From: Eledone cirrhosa
Taxonomy: Eukaryota
Length of the DNA: 64,000 nucleotides
Reading direction: 5' to 3'
NCBI GenBank assembly: GCA_964016885.1
Contig: OZ024743.1
Location: 333,250,001 to 333,314,000 of the forward strand
Below the pieces are notes generated by a model. The model was not told the origin of the DNA. It saw only the letters and a program-made list of their open reading frames with translations, and searched no databases. The translations under genes were made by a program, and so were the position numbers. Positions 35,801 through 50,800 of this stretch are shown piece after piece (within the stretch, counting starts at the first letter, position 1; each line of letters opens with the position of its first letter).

Positions 35801-38800
35801 TCTGGGTATTTAGTGTCCTAGGTCAGCATCTAGGTATTTAGTGTCCTAGGTCAGCGTCTGGGTATTTAGTGTTTTAGGTCAGCGTCTGAGTATTTAGTGT
35901 CCTAGGTCAGCATCTAGGTATTTAGTGTCCTAGGTCAGCATCTGGGTATTTAGTGTCCTAGGTCAGCGTCTGGGTATTTAGTGTCCTAGGTCAGCGTCTG
36001 GGTATTTAGTGTCTTAGGTCAGCATCTGAGTATTTAGTGTCTTAGGTCAGCGTCTGAGTATTTAGTGTCCTAGGTCAGCATCTGGGTATTTAGTGTCTTA
36101 GGTCAGCATCTGGGTATTTAGTGTCCTAAGTCAGCATATGGGTATTTAGTGTCCTAGTTCAGCGTCTAGGTATTTAGTGTCCTAGGTCAGCGTCTGGGTA
36201 TTTAGTGTCCTAGGTCAGCATCTGGGTATTTAGTGTCCTAAGTCAGCATCTGGGTATTTAGTGTCCTAGGTCAGCGTCTAGGTATTTAGTGTCCTAGGTC
36301 AGCGTCTGGGTATTTACTGTCCTAGGTCAGCGTCTGAGTATTTAGTGTCTTAGGTCAGCATCTGGGTATTTAGTGTCCTAGGTCAGCGTCTGAGTATTTA
36401 GTGTCCTAGATCAGCATCTGAGTATTTAGTGTCCTAGGTCAGCATCTGGGTATTTAGTGTCGTAAGTCAGCATCTGGGTATTTAGTGTCCTAGGTCAGCA
36501 TCTGGGTATTTAGTGTCCTAGGTCAGCGTCTAGGTATTTAGTGTCCTAGGTCAGCATCTGGGTATTTAGTGTCGTAAGTCAGCATCTGGGTATTTAGTGT
36601 CCTAGGTCAGCATCTGGGTATTTAGTGTCCTAGGTCAGCGTCTAGGTATTTAGTGTCCTAGGTCAGCATCTGGGTATTTAGTGTCCTAGGTCAGCGTCTG
36701 GGTATTTAGTGTCGTAAGTCAGCATCTGGGTATTTAGTGTCCTAGGTCAGCATCTGGGTATTTAGTGTCCTAGGTCAGCGTCTAGGTATTTAGTGTCCTA
36801 GGTCAGCATCTGGGTATTTAGTGTCCTAGGTCAGCGTCTAGGTATTTAGTGTCCTAGGTCAGCATCTGGGTATTTAGTGTCCTAAGTCAGCGTCTGGGTA
36901 TTTAGTGTCCTAAGTCAGCATCTGGGTATTTAGTGTCCTAGGTCAGCGTCTAGGTATTTAGTGTCCTAGGTCAGCATCTGGGTATTTAGTGTCCTAGGTC
37001 AGCATCTGGGTATTTAGTGTCCTAGGTCAGCATCTGGGTATTTAGTGTCCTAGGTCAGCATCTGGGTATTTAGTGTCCTAAGTCAGCATCTAGGTATTTT
37101 GTGTCCTAGGTCAGCATCTGGGTATTTAGTGTCCTAGGTCAGCATCTGAGTGTTTAGTGTCCTAGGTCAGCATCTGGGTATTTAGTGTCCTAGGTCAGCA
37201 TCCAGGTATTTAGTGTCCTAGGTCAGCATCTGGGTATTTAGTGTCCTAGGGCAGCATCTGGGTATTTAGTGTCCTAGGTCAGCATCTGGGTATTTAGTGT
37301 CCTAGGTCAGTGTCTGAGTTTTTGTGTCCTAGTCAGCGTCTAGGTATTTAGTGTCCTAGGTCAGCGTCTGAGTATTTAGTGTCCTAGGCCAGCATCTGGG
37401 TATTTAGTGTCCTAGGTCAGTGTCTGGGTATTTAGTATCCTAGGTCAGCGTCTGGGTATTTAGTGTCCTAGGTCAGCGTCTGAGTATTTAGTGTCTTAGC
37501 TCAGCGTCTGAGTATTTAGTGTCTTAGCTCAGCGTCTGAGTATTTAGTGTCCTAGGTCAGCGTCTGGGTATTTAGTATCCTAGGTCAGCGTCTGGGTATT
37601 TAGTGTCCTAGGTCAGCGTCTGAGTATTTAGTGTCTTAGGTCAGCGTCTGGGTATTTAGTGTCCTAAGTCAGCATCTGGGTATTTAGTGTCCTAGGTCAG
37701 CGTCTAGGTATTTAGTGTCCTCGGTCAGCGTCTGGGTATTTAGTGTCCTAGGTCAGCGTCTGAGTATTTAGTGTCTTAGGTCAGCATCTGGGTATTTAGT
37801 GTCCTAAGTCAGCATCTGGGTATTTAGTGTCCTAAGTCAGCATCTGGGTATTTAGTGTCCTAGGTCAGCGTCTGAGTATTTAGTGTCTTAGGTCAGCATC
37901 TGGGTATTTAGTGTCCTAAGTTAGCATCTGGGTATTTAGTGTCCTAGGTCAGCATCTGGGTATTTAGTGTCTTAGGTCAGCGTCTGGGTATTTAGTGTCG
38001 TAAGTCAGCATCTGGGTATTTAGTGTCCTAGGTCAGCGTCTAGGTATTTAGTGTCCTAAGTCAGCATCTGAGTATTTAGTGTCTTAGGTCAGCATCTGAG
38101 TATTTAGTGTCTTAGGTCAGCGTCTGGGTATTTAGTGTCCTAAGTCAGCATCTGGGTATTTAGTGTCTTAGGTCAGCGTCTAGGTATTTAGTGTCCTAAG
38201 TCAGCATCTGAGTATTTAGTGTCTTAGGTCAGCGTCTAGGTATTTAGTGTCCTAAGTCAGCATCTGGGTATTTAGTGTCCTAGGTCAGCATCTGGGTATT
38301 TAGTGTCCTAGGTCAGCATCCAGGTATTTAGTGCCCTAGGTCAGCATCCAGGTATTTAGTGCCCTAGGTCAGCATCTGGGTATTTAGTGTCCTAGGTCAG
38401 CATCCAGGTATTTAGTGCCCTAGGTCAGCGTCTAGGTATTTAGTGTCCTAGGTCAGCATCTGGGTATTTAGTGTCCTAGGTCAGCATCTGGGTATTTAGT
38501 GTCCTAGGTCAGCATCTAGGTATTTAGTGTCCTAGGTCAGCATCTAGGTATTTAGTGTCCTAGGTCAGCATCTGGGTATTTAGTGTCCTAGGTCAGCATC
38601 TGGGTATTTAGTGTCCTAGGTCAGCATCTAGGTATTTAGTGTCCTAGGTCAGCATCTAGGTATTTAGTGTCCTAGGTCAGCATCTGGGTATTTAGTGTCC
38701 TAGGTCAGCATCTGGGTATTTAGTGTCCTAGGTCAGCATCTGGGTATTTAGTGTCCTAGGTCAGCATCCAGGTATTTAGTGTCCTAGGTCAGCATCTAGG

Positions 38801-41800
38801 TATTTAGTGTCCTAGGTCAGCGTCTGGGTATTTAGTGTCCTAGGTCAGCGTCTGAGTATTTAGTGTCTTAGGTCAGCATCTGGGTATTTAGTGTCCTAGG
38901 TCAGCGTCTAGGTATTTAGTGTCCTAGGTCAGCGTCTGAGTATTTAGTGTCCTAGGTCAGCGTCTGAGTATTTAGTGTCCTAGGTCAGCGTCTGAGTATT
39001 TAGTGTCTTAGGTCAGCATCTGAGTATTTAGTGTCTTAGGTCAGCGTCTGGGTATTTAGTGTCGTAAGTCAGCATCTGGGTATTTAGTGTCCTAGGTCAG
39101 CGTCTAGGTATTTAGTGTCCTAAGTCAGCATCTGAGTATTTAGTGTCTTAGGTTAGCATCTGGGTATTTAGTGTCCTAGGTCAGCATCTGGGTATTTAGT
39201 GTCCTAGGTCAGCATCCAGGTATTTAGTGCCCTAGGTCAGCGTCTAGGTATTTAGTGTCCTAGGTCAGCATCTGGGTATTTAGTGTCCTAGGTCAGCATC
39301 TGGGTATTTAGTGTCCTAGGTCAGCATCTAGGTATTTAGTGTCCTAGGTCAGCATCTGGGTATTTAGTGTCCTAGGTCAGCGTCTGGGTATTTAGTGTCC
39401 TAGGTCAGCATCTGGGTATTTAGTGTCCTAGGTCAGCATCCAGGTATTTAGTGTCCTAGGTCAGCATCTAGGTATTTAGTGTCCTAGCTCAGCATCTGGG
39501 TATTTAGTGTCCTAGGTCAGCATCTGGGTATTTAGTGTCCTAGGTCAGCATCCAGGTATTTAGTGTCCTAGGTCAGCGTCTAGGTATTTAGTGTCCTCGG
39601 TCAGCATCTGGGTATTTAGTGTCCTAGGTCAGCATCTAGGTATTTAGTGTCTTAGGTCAGCGTCTGGGTATTTAGCGTCCTAAGTCAGCATCTGGGTATT
39701 TAGTGTCCTAGGTCAGCGTCTGGGTATTTAGTGTCCTAGGTCAGCGTCTGAGTATTTAGTGTCTTAGGTCAGCATCTGGGTATTTAGTGTCCTAGGTCAG
39801 CGTCTGGGTATTTAGTGTCCTAGGTCAGCGTCTGAGTATTTAGTGTCCTAGGTCAGCATCTGGGTATTTAGTGTCCTAGGTCAGCATCCAGGTATTTAGT
39901 GTCCTAGGTCAGCGTCTAGGTATTTAGTGTCCTAGGTCAGCATCTGGGTATTTAGTGTCCTAGGTCAGCATCTGGGTATTTAGTGTCCTAGGTCAGCATC
40001 TAGGTATTTAGTGTCCTAGGTCAGCATCTGGGTATTTAGTGTCCTAGGTCAGCGTCTGGGTATTTAGTGTCCTAGGTCAGCATCTGGGTATTTAGTGTCC
40101 TAGGTCAGCATCCAGGTATTTAGTGTCCTAGGTCAGCGTCCAGGTATTTAGTGTCCTAGGTCAGCGTCTAGGTATTTAGTGTCCTAGGTCAGCATCTGGG
40201 TATTTAGTGTCCTAGGTCAGCGTCTGGGTATTTAGTGTCCTAGGTCAGCGTCTGGGTATTTAGTGTCCTAGGTCAGCGTCTGGGTATTTAGTGTCCTAGG
40301 TCAGCGTCTGAGTATTTAGTGTCCTAGGTCAGCGTCTGAGTATTTAGTGTCTTAGCTCAGCATCTGGGTATTTAGTGTCCTAGGTCAGCATCTGGGTATT
40401 TAGTGTCTTAGGCCAGCGTCTAGGTATTTAGTGTCTTAGGTCAGCGTCTGAGTATTTAGTGTCCTAGGTCAGCATCTGGGTATTTAGTGTCCTAGGTCAG
40501 CATCTGGGTATTTAGTGTCCTAGGTCAGCGTCGAGGTATTTAGTGTCCTAGGTCAGCATCTGGGTATTTAGTGTCCTAGGTCAGCATCCAGGTATTTAGT
40601 GTCCTAGGTCAGCGTCGAGGTATTTAGTGTCCTCGGTCAGCATCTGGGTATTTAGTGTCCTAGGTCAGCATCTGGGTATTTAGTGTCCTAGGTCAGCATC
40701 TAGGTATTTAGTGTCCTAGGTCAGCATCTAGGTATTTAGTGTCCTAGGTCAGCGTCTAGGTATTTAGTGTCCTAGGTCAGCATCTGGGTATTTAGTGTCC
40801 TAGGTCAGCGTCTAGGTATTTAGTGTCCTAGGTCAGCATCTGGGTATTTAGTGTCCTAGGTCAGCATCTGGGTATTTAGTGTCCTAGGTCAGCATCTGGG
40901 TATTTAGTGTCCTAGGTCAGCGTCAAGGTATTTAGTGTCCTAGGTCAGCATCTGGGTATTTAGTGTCCTAGGTCAGCGTCTAGGTATTTAGTGTCCTAGG
41001 TCAGCATCTGGGTATTTAGTGTCCTAGGTCAGCATCTGGGTATTTAGTGTCCTAGGTCAGCATCTGAGTATTTAGTGTCCTAGGTCAGCATCTGGGTATT
41101 TAGTGTCCTAAGTCAGCATCCAGGTATTTAGTGTCCTAGGTCAGCATCCAGGTATTTAGTGTCCTAGGTCAGCATCTGGGTATTTAGTGTCCTAGGTCAG
41201 CATCTGGGTATTTAGTGTCCTAAGTCAGCGTCTAGGTATTTAGTGTCCTAAGTCAGCGTCTGAGTATTTAGTGTCTTAGGTTAGCATCTGGGTATTTAGT
41301 GTCCTAGGTCAGCATCTAGGTATTTAGTGTCCTAGGCCAGCATCTGGGTATTTAGTGTCCTAGGTCAGTGTCTCGGTTTTGTGTCCTAGTCAGCGTCTAG
41401 GTATTTAGTGTCTGTCCTAGGTCAGCATCTGGGTATTTAGTGTCCTAGGTCAGCATCTAGGTATTTAGTGTCCTAGGTCAGCGTCTGGGTATTTAGTGTT
41501 TTAGGTCAGCATCTGAGTATTTAGTGTCCTAGGTCAGCATCTAGGTATTTAGTGTCCTAGGTCAGCATCTGGGTATTTAGTGTCCTAGGTCAGCGTCTGG
41601 GTATTTAGTGTCCTAGGTCAGCGTCTGGGTATTTAGTGTCTTAGGTCAGCATCTGAGTATTTAGTGTCTTAGGTCAGCGTCTGAGTATTTAGTGTCCTAG
41701 GTCAGCATCTGGGTATTTAGTGTCTTAGGTCAGCATCTGGGTATTTAGTGTCCTAAGTCAGCATATGGGTATTTAGTGTCCTAGTTCAGCGTCTAGGTAT

Positions 41801-44800
41801 TTAGTGTCCTAGGTCAGCGTCTGGGTATTTAGTGTCCTAGGTCAGCGTCTGAGTATTTAGTGTCCTAGGTCAGCATCTGGGTATTTAGTGTCCTAGGTCA
41901 GCATCTGGGTATTTAGTGTCCTAAGTCAGCATCTGGGTATTTAGTGTCCTAGGTCAGCGTCTAGGTATTTAGTGTCCTAGGTCAGCGTCTGGGTATTTAC
42001 TGTCCTAGGTCAGCGTCTGAGTATTTAGTGTCTTAGGTCAGCATCTGGGTATTTAGTGTCCTAGGTCAGCGTCTGAGTATTTAGTGTCCTAGATCAGCAT
42101 CTGAGTATTTAGTGTCCTAGGTCAGCATCTGGGTATTTAGTGTCGTAAGTCAGCATCTGGGTATTTAGTGTCCTAGGTCAGCATCTGGGTATTTAGTGTC
42201 CTAGGTCAGCGTCTAGGTATTTAGTGTCCTAGGTCAGCATCTGGGTATTTAGTGTCGTAAGTCAGCATCTGGGTATTTAGTGTCCTAGGTCAGCATCTGG
42301 GTATTTAGTGTCTTAGGTCAGCGTCTAGGTATTTAGTGTCCTAGGTCAGCATCTGGGTATTTAGTGTCCTAGGTCAGCGTCTGGGTATTTAGTGTCGTAA
42401 GTCAGCATCTGGGTATTTAGTGTCCTAGGTCAGCATCTGGGTATTTAGTGTCCTAGGTCAGCGTCTAGGTATTTAGTGTCCTAGGTCAGCATCTGGGTAT
42501 TTAGTGTCCTAGGTCAGCGTCTAGGTATTTAGTGTCCTAGGTCAGCATCTGGGTATTTAGTGTCCTAAGTCAGCGTCTGGGTATTTAGTGTCCTAAGTCA
42601 GCATCTGGGTATTTAGTGTCCTAGGTCAGCGTCTAGGTATTTAGTGTCCTAGGTCAGCATCTGGGTATTTAGTGTCCTAGGTCAGCATCTGGGTATTTAG
42701 TGTCCTAGGTCAGCATCTGGGTATTTAGTGTCCTAGGTCAGCATCTGGGTATTTAGTGTCCTAAGTCAGCATCTAGGTATTTTGTGTCCTAGGTCAGCAT
42801 CTGGGTATTTAGTGTCCTAGGTCAGCATCTGAGTGTTTAGTGTCCTAGGTCAGCATCTGGGTATTTAGTGTCCTAAGTCAGCATCCAGGTATTTAGTGTC
42901 CTAGGTCAGCATCCAGGTATTTAGTGTCCTAGGTCAGCATCTGGGTATTTAGTGTCCTAGGGCAGCATCTGGGTATTTAGTGTCCTAGGTCAGCATCTGG
43001 GTATTTAGTGTCCTAGGTCAGTGTCTGAGTTTTTGTGTCCTAGTCAGCGTCTAGGTATTTAGTGTCCTAGGTCAGCGTCTGAGTATTTAGTGTCCTAGGC
43101 CAGCATCTGGGTATTTAGTGTCCTAGGTCAGTGTCTGGGTATTTAGTATCCTAGGTCAGCGTCTGGGTATTTAGTGTCCTAGGTCAGCGTCTGAGTATTT
43201 AGTGTCTTAGCTCAGCGTCTGAGTATTTAGTGTCTTAGCTCAGCGTCTGAGTATTTAGTGTCCTAGGTCAGCGTCTGGGTATTTAGTATCCTAGGTCAGC
43301 GTCTGGGTATTTAGTGTCCTAGGTCAGCGTCTGAGTATTTAGTGTCTTAGGTCAGCGTCTGGGTATGTAGTGTCCTAAGTCAGCATCTGGGTATTTAGTG
43401 TCCTAGGTCAGCGTCTAGGTATTTAGTGTCCTCGGTCAGCGTCTGGGTATTTAGTGTCCTAGGTCAGCGTCTGAGTATTTAGTGTCTTAGGTCAGCATCT
43501 GGGTATTTAGTGTCCTAAGTCAGCATCTGGGTATTTAGTGTCCTAAGTCAGCATCTGGGTATTTAGTGTCCTAGGTCAGCGTCTGAGTATTTAGTGTCTT
43601 AGGTCAGCATCTGGGTATTTAGTGTCCTAAGTTAGCATCTGGGTATTTAGTGTCCTAGGTCAGCATCTGGGTATTTAGTGTCTTAGGTCAGCGTCTGGGT
43701 ATTTAGTGTCGTAAGTCAGCATCTGGGTATTTAGTGTCCTAGGTCAGCGTCTAGGTATTTAGTGTCCTAAGTCAGCATCTGAGTATTTAGTGTCTTAGGT
43801 CAGCATCTGAGTATTTAGTGTCTTAGGTCAGCGTCTGGGTATTTAGTGTCCTAAGTCAGCATCTGGGTATTTAGTGTCTTAGGTCAGCGTCTAGGTATTT
43901 AGTGTCCTAAGTCAGCATCTGAGTATTTAGTGTCTTAGGTCAGCGTCTAGGTATTTAGTGTCCTAAGTCAGCATCTGGGTATTTAGTGTCCTAGGTCAGC
44001 ATCTGGGTATTTAGTGTCCTAGGTCAGCATCCAGGTATTTAGTGCCCTAGGTCAGCATCCAGGTATTTAGTGCCCTAGGTCAGCATCTGGGTATTTAGTG
44101 TCCTAGGTCAGCATCCAGGTATTTAGTGCCCTAGGTCAGCGTCTAGGTATTTAGTGTCCTAGGTCAGCATCTGGGTATTTAGTGTCCTAGGTCAGCATCT
44201 GGGTATTTAGTGTCCTAGGTCAGCATCTAGGTATTTAGTGTCCTAGGTCAGCATCTAGGTATTTAGTGTCCTAGGTCAGCATCTGGGTATTTAGTGTCCT
44301 AGGTCAGCATCTGGGTATTTAGTGTCCTAGGTCAGCATCTAGGTATTTAGTGTCCTAGGTCAGCATCTAGGTATTTAGTGTCCTAGGTCAGCATCTGGGT
44401 ATTTAGTGTCCTAGGTCAGCATCTGGGTATTTAGTGTCCTAGGTCAGCATCTGGGTATTTAGTGTCCTAGGTCAGCATCCAGGTATTTAGTGTCCTAGGT
44501 CAGCATCTAGGTATTTAGTGTCCTAGGTCAGCATCTGGGTATTTAGTGTCCTAGGCCAGCATCTGGGTATTTAGTGTCCTAGGTCAGCGTCTGGGTATTT
44601 AGTGTCCTAGGTCAGCGTCTGGGTATTTAGTGTCCTAGGTCAGCATCTGGGTATTTAGTGTCCTAGGTCAGCGTCTGGGTATTTAGTGTCCTAGGTCAGC
44701 GTCTGGGTATTTAGTGTCCTAGGTCAGCATCTGGGTATTTAGTGTCCTAGGTCAGCATCTGGGTATTTAGTGTCCTAGGTCAGCGTCTGAGTATTTAGTG

Positions 44801-47800
44801 TCCTAGGTCAGCGTCTGAGTATTTAGTGTCTTAGCTCAGCGTCTGAGTATTTAGTGTCCTAGGTCAGCATCTGGGTATTTAGTATCCTAGGTCAGCGTCT
44901 GGGTATTTAGTGTCCTAAGTCAGCATCTGGGTATTTAGTGTCCTAGGTCAGCGTCTAGGTATTTAGTGTCCTAGGTCAGCGTCTGGGTATTTAGTGTCCT
45001 AGGTCAGCGTCTGAGTATTTAGTGTCTTAGGTCAGCATCTGGGTATTTAGTGTCCTAGGTCAGCGTCTAGGTATTTAGTGTCCTAGGTCAGCGTCTGAGT
45101 ATTTAGTGTCCTAGGTCAGCGTCTGAGTATTTAGTGTCCTAGGTCAGCGTCTGAGTATTTAGTGTCTTAGGTCAGCATCTGAGTATTTAGTGTCTTAGGT
45201 CAGCGTCTAGGTATTTAGTGTCGTAAGTCAGCATCTGGGTATTTAGTGTCCTAGGTCAGCGTCTAGGTATTTAGTGTCCTAAGTCAGCATCTGAGTATTT
45301 AGTGTCTTAGGTTAGCATCTGGGTATTTAGTGTCCTAGGTCAGCGTCTAGGTATTTAGTGTCCTAGATCAGCATCTGGGTATTTAGTGTCCTAGGTCAGC
45401 ATCTGGGTATTTAGTGTCCTAGGTCAGCATCCAGGTATTTAGTGCCCTAGGTCAGCGTCTAGGTATTTAGTGTCCTAGGTCAGCATCTGGGTATTTAGTG
45501 TCCTAGGTCAGCATCTGGGTATTTAGTGTCCTAGGTCAGCATCTAGGTATTCAGTGTCCTAGGTCAGCATCTGGGTATTTAGTGTCCTAGGTCAGCGTCT
45601 GGGTATTTAGTGTCCTAGGTCAGCATCTGGGTATTTAGTGTCCTAGGTCAGCATCCAGGTATTTAGTGTCCTAGGTCAGCATCTAGGTATTTAGTGTCCT
45701 AGCTCAGCATCTGGGTATTTAGTGTCCTAGGTCAGCATCTGGGTATTTAGTGTCCTAGGTCAGCATCCAGGTATTTAGTGTCCTAGGTCAGCGTCTAGGT
45801 ATTTAGTGTCCTAGGTCAGCATCTGGGTATTTAGTGTCCTAGGTCAGCATCTGGGTATTTAGTGTCCTAGGTCAGCATCTGGGTATTTAGTGTCCTAGGT
45901 CAGCGTCTGGGTATTTAGTGTCCTAGGTCAGCGTCTGAGTATTTAGTGTCTTAGGTCAGCGTCTGGGTATTTAGCGTCCTAAGTCAGCATCTGGGTATTT
46001 AGTGTCCTAGGTCAGCGTCTGAGTATTTAGTGTCTTAGGTCAGCATCTGGGTATTTAGTGTCCTAGGTCAGCGTCTAGGTATTTAGTGTCCTAGGTCAGC
46101 GTCTGAGTATTTAGTGTCCTAGGTCAGCATCTGGGTATTTAGTGTCCTAGGTCAGCGTCTAGGTATTTAGTGTCCTAGGTCAGCATCTGGGTATTTAGTG
46201 TCCTAGGTCAGCGTCTAGGTATTTAGTGTCCTAGGTCAGCATCTGGGTATTTAGTGTCCTAGGTCAGCGTCTAGGTATTTAGTGTCCTAGGTCAGCATCT
46301 GGGTATTTAGTGTCCTAGGTCAGCGTCTGGGTATTTAGTGTCCTAGGTCAGCGTCTGAGTATTTAGTGTCTTAGGTCAGCGTCTGGGTATTTAGCGTCCT
46401 AAGTCAGCATCTGGGTATTTAGTGTCCTAGGTCAGCGTCTGAGTATTTAGTGTCTTAGGTCAGCATCTGGGTATTTAGTGTCCTAGGTCAGCGTCTAGGT
46501 ATTTAGTGTCCTAGGTCAGCATCTGGGTATTTAGTGTCCTAGGTCAGCATCTGGGTATTTAGTGTCCTAGGTCAGCATCTAGGTATTTAGTGTCCTAGGT
46601 CAGCATCTGGGTATTTAGTGTCCTAGGTCAGCGTCTGGGTATTTAGTGTCCTAGGTCAGCATCTGGGTATTTAGTGTCCTAGGTCAGCATCCAGGTATTT
46701 AGTGTCCTAGGTCAGCGTCCAGGTATTTAGTGTCCTAGGTCAGCGTCTAGGTATTTAGTGTCCTAGGTCAGCATCTGGGTATTTAGTGTCCTAGGTCAGC
46801 ATCTGGGTATTTAGTGTCCTAGGTCAGCGTCTGGGTATTTAGTGTCCTAGGTCAGCGTCTGGGTATTTAGTGTCCTAGGTCAGCGTCTGAGTATTTAGTG
46901 TCCTAGGTCAGCATCTGGGTATTTAGTGTCCTAGGTCAGCATCCAGGTATTTAGTGCCCTAGGTCAGCGTCTAGGTATTTAGTGTCTTAGGCCAGCGTCT
47001 AGGTATTTAGTGTCTTAGGTCAGCGTCTGAGTATTTAGTGTCCTAGGTCAGCATCTGGGTATTTAGTGTCCTAGGTCAGCATCTGGGTATTTAGTGTCCT
47101 AGGTCAGCGTCGAGGTATTTAGTGTCCTAGGTCAGCGTCGAGGTATTTAGTGTCCTAGGTCAGCATCTGGGTATTTAGTGTCCTAGGTCAGCATCCAGGT
47201 ATTTAGTGTCCTAGGTCAGCGTCGAGGTATTTAGTGTCCTCGGTCAGCATCTGGGTATTTAGTGTCCTAGGTCAGCATCTGGGTATTTAGTGTCCTAGGT
47301 CAGCATCCAGGTATTTAGTGCCCTAGGTCAGCGTCTAGGTATTTAGTGTCCTAGGTCAGCATCTGGGTATTTAGTGTCCTAGGTCAGCATCTGGGTATTT
47401 AGTGTCCTAGGTCAGCATCTGGGTATTTAGTGTCCTAGGTCAGCATCTAGGTATTTAGTGTCCTAGGTCAGCATCTGGGTATTTAGTGTCCTAGGTCAGC
47501 GTCTGGGTATTTAGTGTCCTAGGTCAGCATCTGGGTATTTAGTGTCCTAGGTCAGCATCCAGGTATTTAGTGTCCTAGGTCAGCATCTAGGTATTTAGTG
47601 TCCTAGGTCAGCATCTGGGTATTTAGTGTCCTAGGCCAGCATCTAGGTATTTAGTGTCTTAGGTCAGCGTCTAGGTATTTAGTATCCTAGGTCAGCATCT
47701 AGGTATTTAGTGTCCTAGGTCAGCATCTAGGTATTTAGTGTCCTAGGTCAGCGTCTGGGTATTTAGTGTCCTAGGTCAGCGTCTGAGTATTTAGTGTCCT

Positions 47801-50800
47801 AGGTCAGCATCTAGGTATTTAGTGTCCTAGGTCAGCATCTGGGTATTTAGTGTCCTAGGTCAGCATCTAGGTATTTAGTGTCCTAGGTCAGCATCTGGGT
47901 ATTTAGTGTCTTAGGTCAGCGTCTGAGTATTTAGTGTCCTAGGTCAGCATCTAGGTATTTAGTGTCCTAGGTCAGCATCTGGGTATTTAGTGTCCTAGGT
48001 CAGCATCTAGGTATTTAGTGTCCTAGGTCAGCATCTGGGTATTTAGTGTCCTAGGTCAACGTCTGGGTATTTAGTGTCCTAGGTCAGCGTCTGGGTATTT
48101 AGTGTCCTAGGTCAGCGTCTGAGTATTTAGTGTCCTAGGTCAGCATCTAGGTATTTAGTGTCCTAGGTCAGCATCTGGGTATTTAGTGTCTTAGGTCAGC
48201 GTCTGAGTATTTAGTGTCCTAGGTCAGCATCCAGGTATTTAGTGTCTTAGGTCAGCGTCTGAGTATTTAGTGTCCTAGGTCAGCATCTGGGTATTTAGTG
48301 TCTTAGGTCAGCATCTGGGTATTTAGTGTCTTAGGTCAGCATCTGAGTATTTAGTGTCCTAGGTCAGCATCTGGGTATTTAGTGTCTTAGGTCAGCGTCT
48401 GAGTATTTAGTGTCCTAGGTCAGCATCTAGGTATTTAGTGTCCTAGGTCAGCATCTGGGTATTTAGTGTCCTAGGTCAGCATCTGGGTATTTAGTGTCCT
48501 AGGTCAGCATCTAGGTATTTAGTGTCCTAGGTCAGCATCTGGGTATTTAGTGTCCTAGGTCAGCGTCTGGGTATTTAGTGTCCTAGGTCAGCGTCTGGGT
48601 ATTTAGTGTCCTAGGTCAGCATCTGGGTATTTAGTGTCTTAGGTCAGCGTCTGAGTATTTAGTGTCCTAGGTCAGCATCTAGGTATTTAGTGTCCTAGGT
48701 CAGCATCTGGGTATTTAGTGTCCTAGGTCAGCATCTGGGTATTTAGTGTCCTAGGTCAGCATCCAGGTATTTAGTGTCCTAGGTCAGCGTCCAGGTATTT
48801 AGTGTCCTAGGTCAGCGTCTATGTATTTAGTGTCCTAGGTCAGCGTCTGGGTATTTAGTGTCCTAGGTCAGCATCTGGGTATTTAGTGTCCTAGGTCAGC
48901 GTCTGGGTATTTAGTGTCCTAGGTCAGCGTCTGGGTATTTAGTGTCCTAGGTCAGCGTCTAAGTATTTAGTGTCCTAGGTCAGCGTCTGAGTATTTAGTG
49001 TCTTAGCTCAGCGTCTGAGTATTTAGTGTCCTAGGTCAGCATCTGGGTATTTAGTATCCTAGGTCAGCGTCTGGGTATTTAGTGTCCTAAGTCAGCATCT
49101 GGGTATTTAGTGTCCTAGGTCAGCGTCTAGGTATTTAGTGTCCTAGGTCAGCGTCTGGGTATTTAGTGTCCTAGGTCAGCGTCTGAGTATTTAGTGTCTT
49201 AGGTCAGCATCTGGGTATTTAGTGTCCTAGGTCAGCGTCTAGGTATTTAGTGTCCTAGGTCAGCGTCTGAGTATTTAGTGTCCTAGGTCAGCGTCTGAGT
49301 ATTTAGCGTCCTAGGTCAGCGTCTGAGTATTTAGTGTCTTAGGTCAGCATCTGAGTATTTAGTGTCTTAGGTCAGCGTCTGGGTATTTAGTGTCGTAAGT
49401 CAGCATCTGGGTATTTAGTGTCCTAGGTCAGCGTCTAGGTATTTAGTGTCCTAAGTCAGCATCTGAGTATTTAGTGTCTTAGGTTAGCATCTGGGTATTT
49501 AGTGTCCTAGGTCAGCATCTGGGTATTTAGTGTCCTAGGTCAGCATCCAGGTATTTAGTGCCCTAGGTCAGCGTCTAGGTATTTAGTGTCCTAGGTCAGC
49601 ATCTGGGTATTTAGTGTCCTAGGTCAGCATCTGGGTATTTAGTGTCCTAGGTCAGCATCTAGGTATTTAGTGTCCTAGGTCAGCATCTGGGTATTTAGTG
49701 TCCTAGGTCAGCGTCTGGGTATTTAGTGTCCTAGGTCAGCATCTGGGTATTTAGTGTCCTAGGTCTGCATCCAGGTATTTAGTGTCCTAGGTCAGCATCT
49801 AGGTATTTAGTGTCCTAGCTCAGCATCTGGGTATTTAGTGTCCTAGGTCAGCATCTGGGTATTTAGTGTCCTAGGTCAGCATCCAGGTATTTAGTGTCCT
49901 AGGTCAGCGTCTAGGTATTTAGTGTCCTCGGTCAGCATCTGGGTATTTAGTGTCCTAGGTCAGCATCTAGGTATTTAGTGTCTTAGGTCAGCGTCTGGGT
50001 ATTTAGCGTCCTAAGTCAGCATCTGGGTATTTAGTGTCCTAGGTCAGCGTCTGGGTATTTAGTGTCCTAGGTCAGCGTCTGAGTATTTAGTGTCTTAGGT
50101 CAGCATCTGGGTATTTAGTGTCCTAGGTCAGCGTCTGGGTATTTAGTGTCCTAGGTCAGCGTCTGAGTATTTAGTGTCCTAGGTCAGCATCTGGGTATTT
50201 AGTGTCCTAGGTCAGCATCTGGGTATTTAGTGTCCTAGGTCAGCATCCAGGTATTTAGTGTCCTAGGTCAGCGTCTAGGTATTTAGTGTCCTAGGTCAGC
50301 ATCTGGGTATTTAGTGTCCTAGGTCAGCATCTGGGTATTTAGTGTCCTAGGTCAGCATCTAGGTATTTAGTGTCCTAGGTCAGCATCTGGGTATTTAGTG
50401 TCCTAGGTCAGCGTCTGGGTATTTAGTGTCCTAGGTCAGCATCTGGCTATTTAGTGTCCTAGGTCAGCATCCAGGTATTTAGTGTCCTAGGTCAGCGTCT
50501 AGGTATTTAGTGTCCTAGGTCAGCATCTGGGTATTTAGTGTCCTAGGTCAGCATCTGGGTATTTAGTGTCCTAGGTCAGCGTCTGGGTATTTAGTGTCCT
50601 AGGTCAGCGTCTGGGTATTTAGTGTCCTAGGTCAGCGTCTGAGTATTTAGTGTCCTAGGTCAGCGTCTGAGTATTTAGTGTCTTAGCTCAGCATCTGGGT
50701 ATTTAGTGTCCTAGGTCAGCATCTGGGTATTTAGTGTCTTAGGCCAGCGTCTAGGTATTTAGTGTCTTAGGTCAGCGTCTGAGTATTTAGTGTCCTAGGT